DNA of 24,000 nt from Atopobacter sp. AH10 (lineage in GTDB: Bacteria; Bacillota; Bacilli; Lactobacillales; Aerococcaceae): NCBI RefSeq assembly GCF_003664595.1, contig NZ_QXPZ01000012.1:11274-35273 (forward strand). The letters run 5' to 3'. This document shows, one piece after another, positions 9,134 to 17,321 of this stretch. The notes beneath the pieces were generated by a model, which was given only the letters and a program-made list of their open reading frames with translations, searched no databases and was not told the origin of the DNA. A program made the position numbers and the translations under genes. Numbering within the stretch: the first letter of the stretch is position 1; the number at the start of each line of letters is the position of its first letter.

Positions 9134-9170
9134 GTAAGCACGGGAGAGTTTTAAAATCTTCCGTGCTTAC
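9134..9170. terminator. Hairpin terminator after the M42 peptidase
   Basis: GTAAGCACGG-N17-CCGTGCTTAC starting 12 nt after the stop codon. No long T-run, so the intrinsic type is less certain. Confidence 0.6.
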
Positions 9171-9349
9171 TTATCTATAGAGGGAGATGTTGATGAAGCT
9201 ACTTTATACTTGTTTACATAATATGCATTATGCAAAGCAGTAAAACGATGAGAAAGATGAACAGATTTGTTTTGCTTACTCTATAACGACCCCTTTTTGT
9301 AGGAGTTAAGACAAGCTAAAGAAATCTTTTGCTTATTTATTAAATACTT

Positions 9350-9396
9350 AAGAAAGCAGCCCTGACTAATTGCACATGACTTGGTCAGGACTGCTT
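9350..9396 (-). terminator. Terminator downstream of the minus-strand lipoprotein gene
   Basis: AAGCAGCCCTGACTAA (9354-9369) pairs imperfectly (14/16) with TTGGTCAGGACTGCTT (9381-9396). On the minus strand it is followed by a T-rich TTTCTTAA. Confidence 0.7.
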
Positions 9397-9424
9397 GTAG
9401 TTAAAAAATACTATTTGAAAAGCA

Positions 9425-10066
9425 TTACTCGTTAGGATTTGAAGCGATGACTTGATAAGATCCAGTGCTGGAATCCATTTTTTCTAGTTGGCCTTTCTTG
9501 TTTATTCTAAAGTAGCCTACAATTGGTGCTGTATTAGGATCAGCTTTTCCTTTAAAATGATCAGAATCATGGTTTTCTCTCACTTCTACAAGCAATAGAC
9601 CATCATCATCACGAGAAGTTATAAAAGTAAAATCGTCAGCGCTAATTTCGTCAAGCCCAAAATCTGCTGCAGACCCTAAGTGATTGAATATCCATTTTTT
9701 AGTTTCTTCTTGGGTTAGAGATTGAGATTCTGAGTTGTTCTTATTAGATGTTTTAGGCTTATTATTGCTAGTATTTGTCGTATTTCCGCTTGAGTTTTTA
9801 CCGGTTTTAGCGGCTGTTTGTTTTGTTTCGCTTGCTGTTGAGCCCTTTGTTTTATTGGAATCTGACTTCTCTTCTTTATCGATTGCCGTCTTATTTTTAT
9901 CATCTTTTGCATCTGATTTTGCCTTATTAGACGCTTTATTGGCCTTTACTTGGGTAGCTGATTGATTGCTTTGGCTTGATTCGGATGAATTTTCATGGTT
10001 TGAAGAACAGCCTAACAAACTTATTGATAAAAGAATTAAACTCCATTTTGCCAAGTTCTTTTTCAT
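9425..10066 (-). CDS. Lipoprotein with S/T/N/K-rich linker and small C-terminal domain of unknown function
   Basis: MKKNLAKWSLILLSISLLGCSSN (lipobox LLGC), low-complexity linker, then LTQEETKKWIFNHLGSAADFGLDEISADDFTFITSRDDDGLLLVEVRENHDSDHF... RBS AGGAGGG. Confidence 0.85.
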   Translation of the reverse strand: MKKNLAKWSLILLSISLLGCSSNHENSSESSQSNQSATQVKANKASNKAKSDAKDDKNKTAIDKEEKSDSNKTKGSTASETKQTAAKTGKNSSGNTTNTSNNKPKTSNKNNSESQSLTQEETKKWIFNHLGSAADFGLDEISADDFTFITSRDDDGLLLVEVRENHDSDHFKGKADPNTAPIVGYFRINKKGQLEKMDSSTGSYQVIASNPNE

Positions 10067-10097
10067 GCTGTACCCTCCTAGTGGAACTTTTTAGTTT

Positions 10098-10127
10098 ATT
10101 ATACCATATTCGCTAGATATATTACAA
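10098..10127 (-). promoter_or_regulatory. Putative promoter of the lipoprotein gene, TTGTAA-N18-TATAAT
   Basis: Minus strand: TTGTAA (10127-10122), 18-nt spacer, TATAAT (10103-10098), upstream of an AGGAGGG RBS. Confidence 0.65.
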
Positions 10128-10154
10128 AAAGGCTCAGTTATTATTTATATCATT

Positions 10155-10193
10155 AATAAAAAATCAGAGATAAAGTCACTGACCTTATCTCTG
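10155..10193 (-). terminator. Rho-independent terminator after the small membrane protein gene
   Basis: CAGAGATAA-N11-TTATCTCTG; followed on the minus strand by ATTTTTTATTAAT. Confidence 0.82.
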
Positions 10194-10217
10194 CACTATA
10201 TAAAGCTATTTTCTATG

Positions 10218-10412
10218 CTATTTATTTTCTGACTTTTCTTTTGCCCTATAACGTCTATAAAGTGAGTAAGAGTTTATGATTAAGCCAGTTGCTATGAGTA
10301 AGAAGAACATTATAGCGGCTATATTCCCCTGACTGATAAATGGCCAACAAATCCATAAAATCAGAATCGCTGATAGAGCGTTAATAGCTATTAAAAATTT
10401 CTCGCTTTTCAT
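10218..10412 (-). CDS. Small two-TM hypothetical membrane protein (64 aa)
   Basis: MKSEKFLIAINALSAILILWICWPFISQGNIAAIMFFLLIATGLIINSYSLYRRYRAKEKSENK; preceded by AGGGGG; sits between guaC and a terminator. Confidence 0.65.
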   Translation of the reverse strand: MKSEKFLIAINALSAILILWICWPFISQGNIAAIMFFLLIATGLIINSYSLYRRYRAKEKSENK

Positions 10413-10445
10413 GTGATCCCCCTACCCTTTATGTAAATTTAAAGT

Positions 10446-11423
10446 TTAGTCACCATTCATAATAGAATTTTTAACGATAACATAATCGACTGTTCGGATG
10501 GCATCTAACTCTTTACCACCCGCATATGAAATGGAAGATTGTAAGTCTTGTTGCATTTCATCTAATGTTTCTTGAATCGGCCCTTTCTTTTCAATCATCA
10601 TTTTTTTACCTTCGACATTTTTGCGTTCACCCTTCTGGAATTCAGAGGCTGAGCCGAAGTATTCTTTGTAAAGTTGACCGTTAATTTTGCAGACATTTCC
10701 TGGAGATTCTTCATGGCCAGCAAATAAGGATCCGATCATGACCATAGAAGCCCCAAAACGAATAGATTTAGCGATATCGCCATTATGGCGAACACCACCA
10801 TCTGCAATAATAGGTTTACGAGCGGCTTTTGAGCACCAATTAAGGGCAGCTAATTGCCATCCACCTGTCCCGAAACCTGTTTTTAGCTTGGTGATACACA
10901 CTTTACCAGGACCAATACCAACTTTTGTGGCATCAGCGCCTGCAGTTTCTAGTTCACGGACTCCTTCAGGTGTGCCAACGTTACCTGCAATGACGAACGA
11001 TTCAGGCAGGTGTTTCTTAAGAAAGTGAATCATATCAATGACAGAGTTAGCGTGTCCATGAGCAATATCGATCGTGATATAATCAGGAACTAAGTTTTGA
11101 CGAGCTAATTCTTTAACAAAATCATATTCGCTATCTTTAACACCTATAGAAATTGAACTATACAAGCCCTTTTCCTTCATAGAACGAACAAACTCTAGAC
11201 GATTTTCTGAATCAAAACGGTGCATGATATAGAAGTAATCATTACGAGCTAATTTTTCGGCTAATGCTTCATTGATAACCGTTTGCATGTTTGCTGGTAC
11301 AACAGGCAACTTGAAACGGCGTGGACCAAATTGAATGCTGGTATCACACTCACTACGACTTTTAACAATACATTTATTTGGAAGAAGTTGTACATCTTCA
11401 TAGTCGAAAACTTGATTAATCAT
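10446..11423 (-). CDS. guaC: GMP reductase
   Basis: [33 protein letters not shown]..., [79 protein letters not shown]. Confidence 0.96.
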   Translation of the reverse strand: MINQVFDYEDVQLLPNKCIVKSRSECDTSIQFGPRRFKLPVVPANMQTVINEALAEKLARNDYFYIMHRFDSENRLEFVRSMKEKGLYSSISIGVKDSEYDFVKELARQNLVPDYITIDIAHGHANSVIDMIHFLKKHLPESFVIAGNVGTPEGVRELETAGADATKVGIGPGKVCITKLKTGFGTGGWQLAALNWCSKAARKPIIADGGVRHNGDIAKSIRFGASMVMIGSLFAGHEESPGNVCKINGQLYKEYFGSASEFQKGERKNVEGKKMMIEKKGPIQETLDEMQQDLQSSISYAGGKELDAIRTVDYVIVKNSIMNGD

Positions 11424-11455
11424 AGTTATTCCCTCCCATTAAAAAGTCCTCATCT

Positions 11456-11484
11456 ATGATACCCAATTGGTCTTTTTTTATCAA
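11456..11484 (-). promoter_or_regulatory. Putative guaC promoter, TTGATA-N17-TATCAT
   Basis: Minus strand -35 TTGATA (11484-11479), 17-nt spacer, -10 TATCAT (11461-11456), about 35 nt upstream of the start codon. Confidence 0.7.
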
Positions 11485-11530
11485 GTGAATTCAGACTTCT
11501 CTAGATCAAAATATTTTCGTTTTGACTCTA

Positions 11531-11558
11531 TCAAAAAAGCAGAGACAAGTCTCTGCTT
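11531..11558 (-). terminator. Rho-independent terminator of the coaBC-to-YitT minus-strand cluster
   Basis: AAGCAGAGAC-AA-GTCTCTGCTT perfect inverted repeat followed on the minus strand by TTTT. Confidence 0.88.
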
Positions 11559-11591
11559 AAATGGGTATAAGTCGTGTGAAAGGCTATCGAG

Positions 11592-12509
11592 CTAATAGAG
11601 CGAATGGACTTCTTTTTTTGTTTCATCAAGTGTTTTATTGGACGTCTCATTGACTTTTTCATTAATAAAGTAACTGAAACCTTGCCCATTGACGTTTTGT
11701 ACACTAGTAACGATGAAAAATGCTTGGGGATCAATAAAGTTAACGACATTATTAACTGTCATTAATTGTTGCCTTGTTACAATAATATACAGGATATCTT
11801 TTTTGTCTTTAGTATAGTAACCATGCCCGTGTAAGACTGTGATACCTCTATCGATGGTAGCTTGTAGTTCTTCAGCGATACGATCCGCGTGATCACTGAT
11901 AATCATAACGGATTTACGTGGATTTAGACCGTAAAGGACAAAATCGATGGTCTTTCCATTTAATACCACATTCAAAATAGAAAGAATGGTGCGTTCAAAA
12001 CCTGTGATAAGGAAAAATGGCAAGATGATAATAAAATCTATGATGAGAACAGCAGTACCAGTATTCCATCCAAAATATTTATTTAACATACGGGCTAGGA
12101 TATCTGACCCAGCTGTTGTTCCCCCAGCCAATACAACTGTTCCTATAGCGATACCGGTTAAAACCCCTACGATTAATGGCACGAGCAAAGGTTCTTTAAT
12201 TGGTATAGCAAAGTTGGGAATCCATTTTAAGCAAATCGAATATAAAATGGTACTAAAAATTGTATAGTACATGGTTCGTGGATCTAAAAATTTCCAACCC
12301 AAGACAAGTAATATACCATTGATCACAATATTGGAGAGATAAAGAGGAATGCCAAACAAGTAGAATAGGATAATGGTTAAACCTGATGCCCCTCCTTCAC
12401 CCAAATGATAAGGTAGGAGGAAATTGTTGACCACAAATGCCATCAATATATTTCCAAATATGATTAAGCCAATGGACCAAAGTGAAAAGTGAGATAAAAA
12501 TTTTTTCAT
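11592..12509 (-). CDS. YitT family membrane protein with C-terminal DUF2179-like domain
   Basis: NIIVFGNILMAFVVNNFLLPYHLGEGGASGLTIILFYLFG-type start, GTTAGSDILARMLNKYFGW, and C-terminal GITVLHGHGYYTKDKKDILYIIVTRQQL. Confidence 0.9.
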   Translation of the reverse strand: MKKFLSHFSLWSIGLIIFGNILMAFVVNNFLLPYHLGEGGASGLTIILFYLFGIPLYLSNIVINGILLVLGWKFLDPRTMYYTIFSTILYSICLKWIPNFAIPIKEPLLVPLIVGVLTGIAIGTVVLAGGTTAGSDILARMLNKYFGWNTGTAVLIIDFIIILPFFLITGFERTILSILNVVLNGKTIDFVLYGLNPRKSVMIISDHADRIAEELQATIDRGITVLHGHGYYTKDKKDILYIIVTRQQLMTVNNVVNFIDPQAFFIVTSVQNVNGQGFSYFINEKVNETSNKTLDETKKEVHSLY

Positions 12510-12518
12510 GACATACTC

Positions 12519-13406
12519 CTATTCTGGTTCTCTGTGGAAACGCCCGATAAACCGTTCTGTCTGATTGATAGAAATGATAACGTATGGATCGATTTGTTGT
12601 AAAAGGTCGATCACATCGTTTACCTCGTAAGAAGAAACAACTGTAATCAACATGGTACGATCTTGTTGTGTATAGCCCCCTTTAACCGGAATACAAGTGA
12701 TGCCATGCCGGATATGGTTCACAAAAGCATCTCGGATTGCTTCTCCTCTTGTTGTAGTGATGTTTAAAGTATATAGTTTGTAGCGCTTATGGAAGGTTGA
12801 GACGACCCTAGTGGAAATAAATTGAAGGATAATGGAATAACCAGCATATCGCCAATTCGTAATATACCCGTAAGTTAATAGCATGATGGTATTAATTAAA
12901 AGGACGTATTCCCATATGGTCTTCCCTTTTTTATTAGAAACGTACAAGGCGATAAAGTCCATCCCACCGGTTGAAGCGCGTCCTAGTAAAGCTAGTGAGA
13001 TATAAAAGCCATTCAAAGCTCCTCCAAAGATAATATTTAAACTTAAATCGTCAAATATTGGTTGAAAATGGCAAAGACGCATAAAAGTAGATGAAATGGC
13101 AATTTGCAAAAGTGACAAGGCTGTAAAACGTAAACTTATCCCCCGCATACACATCAAGGCTACTGGCAAGTTTAAGGCGACTAACAAGAAAGGAACAGGG
13201 ATATCTAAATGCAGGTAGTTATCCGCAAAAATGTTAATAAGCATTGAGGTTCCCAAAAAGCCTGATGCTAACATATGAGATGGCTTTAAAAAAACTTGAT
13301 AACAAAAGGTTTGTAAAAAGGCCGATAAACAAACAGCCAGTAGTGACAGAATTAACTGACGATATTTTTTATTTTTCCTACCATCGAGTAGATTATCATT
13401 TTCCAT
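12519..13406 (-). CDS. YitT family membrane protein, paralogue of the preceding entry
   Basis: YQVFLKPSHMLASGFLGTSMLINIF, GRASTGGMDFIALYVSNKKGKTIWEY, C-terminal GITCIPVKGGYTQQDRTMLITVVSSYEV. Confidence 0.86.
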   Translation of the reverse strand: MENDNLLDGRKNKKYRQLILSLLAVCLSAFLQTFCYQVFLKPSHMLASGFLGTSMLINIFADNYLHLDIPVPFLLVALNLPVALMCMRGISLRFTALSLLQIAISSTFMRLCHFQPIFDDLSLNIIFGGALNGFYISLALLGRASTGGMDFIALYVSNKKGKTIWEYVLLINTIMLLTYGYITNWRYAGYSIILQFISTRVVSTFHKRYKLYTLNITTTRGEAIRDAFVNHIRHGITCIPVKGGYTQQDRTMLITVVSSYEVNDVIDLLQQIDPYVIISINQTERFIGRFHREPE

Positions 13407-13423
13407 AAATGAATAAACCTCCG

Positions 13424-14038
13424 CTATCCTTCGCCTGTGAGTTGACGTAATTCTTCATACCTAGTCACTCGCCAGCCTTTTTCATTTTCAAAAGTCATGT
13501 ATACTCTGTAATTTTTGCTATTATCTTCGTTTGTTAATATAAGATAAATAGACTTATCATCCACGACGTTGAGCCAGTAATCGGTCAGTTGTTCTTTGGA
13601 TTTGATAACGGAACGACTGGCAGCATCTATTTCTTGACGATCAAGTGAACCTTCCTCGAAGTTTATCCAATGGTCGCCCTTTTGTTCGGTTTTGTAATAT
13701 GGCCAATTCGCTTCATAAGCTACTAAAACATTTGGATCATCTGAGTCAACTTTTTTAGCTAAATTCTTTTTCTCTTCTTTTTTCTTTTCTTTAGCTTGTT
13801 GGACTAAAGCTTGATGCTTTTCCTTTTCTTTTTCTTTTATTTCTTTCTGTGAAGGGACGACTACTTCAGAAGTATCTTTTGGATTAATCCAATCTTGAAT
13901 TGGCTTACTGCCGAAAAGAACATGTCCGATAAAAAATAAAAAGATAATAACCAAGCTGGAGAAAAAAACTAGGGTATAGGAGCGATAATAGAGCAATAAT
14001 TTTTTGATTTTTAAAGAAAGTCTAGGCCTTTCTTTCAT
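13424..14038 (-). CDS. Hypothetical protein with one N-terminal TM segment and a short extracytoplasmic domain
   Basis: Single hydrophobic stretch TLVFFSSLVIIFLFFIGHVLF, lysine-rich coiled-coil-like linker, C-terminal domain YWLNVVDDKSIYLILTNEDNSKNYRVYMTFENEKGWRVTRYEELRQL. Start overlaps coaBC by 17 nt. Confidence 0.8.
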   Translation of the reverse strand: MKERPRLSLKIKKLLLYYRSYTLVFFSSLVIIFLFFIGHVLFGSKPIQDWINPKDTSEVVVPSQKEIKEKEKEKHQALVQQAKEKKKEEKKNLAKKVDSDDPNVLVAYEANWPYYKTEQKGDHWINFEEGSLDRQEIDAASRSVIKSKEQLTDYWLNVVDDKSIYLILTNEDNSKNYRVYMTFENEKGWRVTRYEELRQLTGEG

Positions 14039-15233
14039 TCGATCTCACCTCAATGATAGCTTGGATGATAGATAAGGCAACGGACCATTTGGCTTGTTTT
14101 GGCACTTCTTTTTCTTGATTTTCACTAATAATGGTGACAGCATTATCTGAACTATTAAATCCAATGGAAGCTTTAGACACATCATTAGCTACTAAAATAT
14201 CAACAGCTTTTGCTTTTCTCTTTTCTCTAGCATATGTCAAAACATGATCCGTTTCAGCCGCAAATGCCACTTTAAAGATAGATTCGTTAGCAATCGAAGC
14301 TAATATATCAGGATTTTTTATAAGCTGGAGAGTCAAGTTTTCCTGCTTTTTCAGCTTATGCTGGGATGGCGTCTCTACCCTATAGTCAGAGACAGCGGCA
14401 GCCATCACTAAGACGTCATTTGCCGATAGATTATTTTTTACTGCCTCTTGTAATTCATTTGCAGATTGAACACTAGTTGTTTTAATTGTCGGTAACAATG
14501 GGATAGCTGTTACGCTTTCTGTTTTGATTAAATGAACCTCTGCTCCTAATAAGCTAGCCATATTAGCTATGGCACAACCCATTTTCCCAGAAGAGCGATT
14601 GCCGATGTAACGTACCGGATCAATAGCTTCAACTGTTCCTCCTGCTGTAATTAACCATTTTTGGCCAACTAATGAACCAGCTAAAACTTTAGCCAGCGGA
14701 TGCAAGGCTAGTTTTGCTGCAAGAACTTGTAAGTCCAAGTCTAATAGGCGACCATCCCCTTCATAACCTTCAGCAAGGAAACCATAATCAGTTGGCAGAA
14801 CCCAATAACCTTGTTCTTTTAACCAATGGATATTCTTTTCTACTGCGGGATGGTGAAGCATATGATGATTCATAGCTGGAGCAATTATGACAGGACAGGT
14901 ACAGGCTAACAAACAAGATGTGACCAAATTATCGGCAATGCCATTAGCTAATTTCCCTAGCGTGTTAGCTGTACATGGAGTCACAATTACTAAATCAGAC
15001 CAATCAGCTGTGTGAATATGCAGAACAGGATCTTTTCCGTGAAATTCATCTATAGAGACAACTTGTTTTGTTAGAACTTCGAATGTAAATGGATCCACAA
15101 AGTTTTTGGCATTTTGAGTCATTAATACACGAACTTCTGCCCCTTCTTTAATTAAAGATCGAACCAATAAGGGAATCTTGTAAGCGGCTATACCTCCCGT
15201 GATCATCACGGTTATATGTCGATTCGTCAGCAT
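14022..15233 (-). CDS. coaBC: Bifunctional phosphopantothenoylcysteine decarboxylase/phosphopantothenate--cysteine ligase
   Basis: CoaC part: ITVMITGGIAAYKIPLLVRSL, HTADWSDLVIVTPCTANTLGKLANGIADNL, PAMNHHM. CoaB part: ITAGGTVEAIDPVRYIGNRSSGKMGCAIA, VAFAAETD, ILVANDVS. Confidence 0.95.
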   Translation of the reverse strand: MLTNRHITVMITGGIAAYKIPLLVRSLIKEGAEVRVLMTQNAKNFVDPFTFEVLTKQVVSIDEFHGKDPVLHIHTADWSDLVIVTPCTANTLGKLANGIADNLVTSCLLACTCPVIIAPAMNHHMLHHPAVEKNIHWLKEQGYWVLPTDYGFLAEGYEGDGRLLDLDLQVLAAKLALHPLAKVLAGSLVGQKWLITAGGTVEAIDPVRYIGNRSSGKMGCAIANMASLLGAEVHLIKTESVTAIPLLPTIKTTSVQSANELQEAVKNNLSANDVLVMAAAVSDYRVETPSQHKLKKQENLTLQLIKNPDILASIANESIFKVAFAAETDHVLTYAREKRKAKAVDILVANDVSKASIGFNSSDNAVTIISENQEKEVPKQAKWSVALSIIQAIIEVRSNERKA

Positions 15234-15300
15234 AATTCCATTCCTTCTCTTTTTTAGTAGTGATCATTAGCCCTATTGTATCATATTTTAATCCTATATA

Positions 15301-15329
15301 AAGCAAAAAAAGTCCGTATAAACGGACTT
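15301..15329 (-). terminator. Rho-independent terminator after the redoxin gene
   Basis: AAGTCCGT-ATAA-ACGGACTT; minus-strand reading continues into TTTTTTT. Confidence 0.85.
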
Positions 15330-15341
15330 CTCTATTTCCTC

Positions 15342-15575
15342 TTATGCTTTATGAATTAAGCTCTCTAATCTTTCTGGATTAAAGCCAGCAAATGCTTCAC
15401 CATCCGAATTTTTGACGACAGGGACACTTTGGAAGCCTAAATCTTTAACTTCTTGTAAGGCTTCTTCAGAGACAGTAATATCTTTTTCGATAAATTCTAT
15501 CCCCTTATCTTTCAAAAATCGTTTGGTAAAATTACATTGCATGCAATTTGGTTTAGAATAGATTGTTAAAGTCAT
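15342..15575 (-). CDS. NrdH-like redoxin / glutaredoxin family protein
   Basis: 77 aa: MTLTIYSKPNCMQCNFTKRFLKDKGIEFIEKDI...FQSVPVVKNSDGEAFAGFNPERL, with CMQC active site and the SVPVV cis-Pro motif. Confidence 0.88.
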   Translation of the reverse strand: MTLTIYSKPNCMQCNFTKRFLKDKGIEFIEKDITVSEEALQEVKDLGFQSVPVVKNSDGEAFAGFNPERLESLIHKA

Positions 15576-15606
15576 GGTTCATTCTCCTTTTTTAGTTTGC
15601 CCTTGT

Positions 15607-15635
15607 ATCATACCCTATTTCACTAGAAAGGTAAA
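15607..15635 (-). promoter_or_regulatory. Putative promoter of the redoxin gene, TTTACC-N17-TATGAT
   Basis: Minus strand -35 TTTACC (15635-15630), 17-nt spacer, -10 TATGAT (15612-15607), then AAAAAAGGAGAATGAACC-ATG. Confidence 0.55.
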
Positions 15636-15692
15636 ATGATATGTTGTGGCATTTCGTAAAAAAAGAGGAGTCATACCACAATATATAGTGGT

Positions 15693-16373
15693 TTAGGGCT
15701 TGTAACGATGATCCTTAACATAACCAGCTACAGACCAGACAGCTTTTTTTCTTTCCCTTGCAAATTCTTCAGATCTTCTTAAGCGATCCACTAAGGAATC
15801 GTTTGGCCTTTTCACGTATCTAACGATAGCTAGACCCTTTTTGAGCATTTCTTCTTGCAAGCTTTCATTTGAATCATTCAGATAAACGTAGGCTAACAAG
15901 CGTCCATAATGGTCTTGTTTAGGCCCTTTATCAACAGAAAGAAAGATATTTTGAGCGGTAGTCAGACGTGCATTTAAAAATTCTTTAGCATCTTCTGCAA
16001 AAGGGTTAGGAGCGAGATCTTTACCAAAATTCATTTCTGGAGCGTCAATGATAAGCATTCGTACCTTATAATCTTTCTTTCCAACTTGAACTACAAAAGT
16101 ATCTCCATCAATCGTACGTTTAAAAGTAACTTGATATTTCTTCAAGGGATGCCAAGAGTCTATAGAAGCTAGATCTGCAACTTTTTCTGCTTTATTTTCT
16201 TTTGTGGAGATGAAAGAGTCACTTTTAATTCTGTTGTGGTTATAGGAATTAACATGATCAATTCCGTATCCTATAAGACCCAAAACAAGGAGAAGAATGA
16301 GGGATTTGGCTGATGATTTATTGTCCCTTCCTAAGTGATAAAGTATTTTTTTATAAAATTTGTTTGATGGCAT
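15693..16373 (-). CDS. Membrane-anchored or secreted thermonuclease (SNase-like) protein
   Basis: N-terminal hydrophobic SAKSLILLLVLGLIGYGI; SNase motifs RTIDGDTFVVQVGKKDYKVRMLIIDAPE, DHYGRLLAYVYL, LLKKGLA-like LKKGLAIVRYV. Confidence 0.88.
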   Translation of the reverse strand: MPSNKFYKKILYHLGRDNKSSAKSLILLLVLGLIGYGIDHVNSYNHNRIKSDSFISTKENKAEKVADLASIDSWHPLKKYQVTFKRTIDGDTFVVQVGKKDYKVRMLIIDAPEMNFGKDLAPNPFAEDAKEFLNARLTTAQNIFLSVDKGPKQDHYGRLLAYVYLNDSNESLQEEMLKKGLAIVRYVKRPNDSLVDRLRRSEEFARERKKAVWSVAGYVKDHRYKP

Positions 16374-17040
16374 CTTGGATTTTTTGCTCCTCTACTCTTC
16401 CTTGAAATTGGAAAACCGTTTTTCCTTCATTATTTTGAACAATAATTGTTGGATAATAGGATAATTTAAAGGCGCGATGAAGTTGGAAGTCGCTATCATA
16501 ATAAACAGGTAAAGTTATATGGTTTTTATCTAGAAATTTTTTAGCACTTGCAAAAGTTTCTTTTTCCCCATCAGTACCATTGATAGCATAAAAGTGAACT
16601 TTGCCTTTATATTCTTGATAGAGCTTGTTAGCGAATTTCATTTGTTCTTCGCATACATCGGCCCAACTAGACCAGAAAAGAATAACCCGTCGTTCAGGAA
16701 CAGCAAAATTTAATTCGGTTTTATCCTTTTCGTTTGTATGAATTAGAAAGCGATCTTGTGGGACAGATAATGTAGCAATGGGGTCTTTCTCCTCTTGATC
16801 ATCTGATTTGGTCACTAGTGCCCCTGCTGAAGGGGTGTCTACTGCCTTTTTTTCTCTTTCTTTTGCTTTTTGGGCGGCTTCTTTGGTGACAATATGGTTT
16901 TCAGTTTGTTGGGCTACTTGCTCAGTTTTTCTTCTTTTATCTGTATCAGCCGTGTGATTAGATGTTGGCTTGAAATAATAGAAACAAGCTGTCATGATAA
17001 TGACCATTAGGCTAACTAAAAATACAAAGCGTTTTTTCAT
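16351..17040 (-). CDS. Membrane-anchored thioredoxin-fold (TlpA/ResA-like) protein with degenerate active site
   Basis: MKKRFVFLVSLMVIIMTACF signal/TM; RRVILFWSSWADVCEEQMKFANKLYQEYKGKVHFYAINGTD; cis-Pro region YYPTIIVQNNEGK. Start at 17040, preceded by AAAGGAGACTTTT. Confidence 0.83.
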   Translation of the reverse strand: MKKRFVFLVSLMVIIMTACFYYFKPTSNHTADTDKRRKTEQVAQQTENHIVTKEAAQKAKEREKKAVDTPSAGALVTKSDDQEEKDPIATLSVPQDRFLIHTNEKDKTELNFAVPERRVILFWSSWADVCEEQMKFANKLYQEYKGKVHFYAINGTDGEKETFASAKKFLDKNHITLPVYYDSDFQLHRAFKLSYYPTIIVQNNEGKTVFQFQGRVEEQKIQDAIKQIL

Positions 17041-17321
17041 AAAAGTCTCCTTTCGTTCCATACCTTTCTATTATAGCTTAATTTTAGGCTTCGGTCACTG
17101 AGATATAAAAAAGCTAAAATGTTTCAAGAAATATTAAAAGACTGTAGAAATTTTTGGATAGTTAGCTGAAGGAGAAATCAGTAAGATGCACTTATCTAAC
17201 CTTATAGAGTAGTTTGAGGAAATATTATTTCAGCTGACTTAATGCGAGCTTGAGAACGACTAGGAGTAAAGAATAGCTTATGCTATACTGAAAAAGAATT
17301 GATCAGGAAAGGATGTTTCAT

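Noticed and set aside
9210-9260. Small ORF MLMKLLYTCLHNMHYAKQ and the near-palindrome CATAAT-ATGC-ATTATG in the 9.2-kb intergenic region
   Set aside because: Only 18 residues and a short AT-rich repeat expected by chance at this base composition. Nothing supports a function.
9715-9965. ORFs 9715-9912 (-) and 9735-9965 (+) within the lipoprotein gene
   Set aside because: Both arise from the repetitive S/T/K-rich linker. The hydrophobic + frame is the complement of Lys/Asn/Ser codons, not a credible membrane peptide.
10687-12267. ORFs 10687-11028 (+), 11531-11749 (-) and 11947-12267 (+)
   Set aside because: They overlap guaC or the YitT genes in other frames, and 11531-11749 runs through a terminator.
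17284-17289. Extended -10 (TGCTATACT) before rqcH
   Set aside because: No acceptable -35 at the right spacing. Plausible but too weak to list as a feature.
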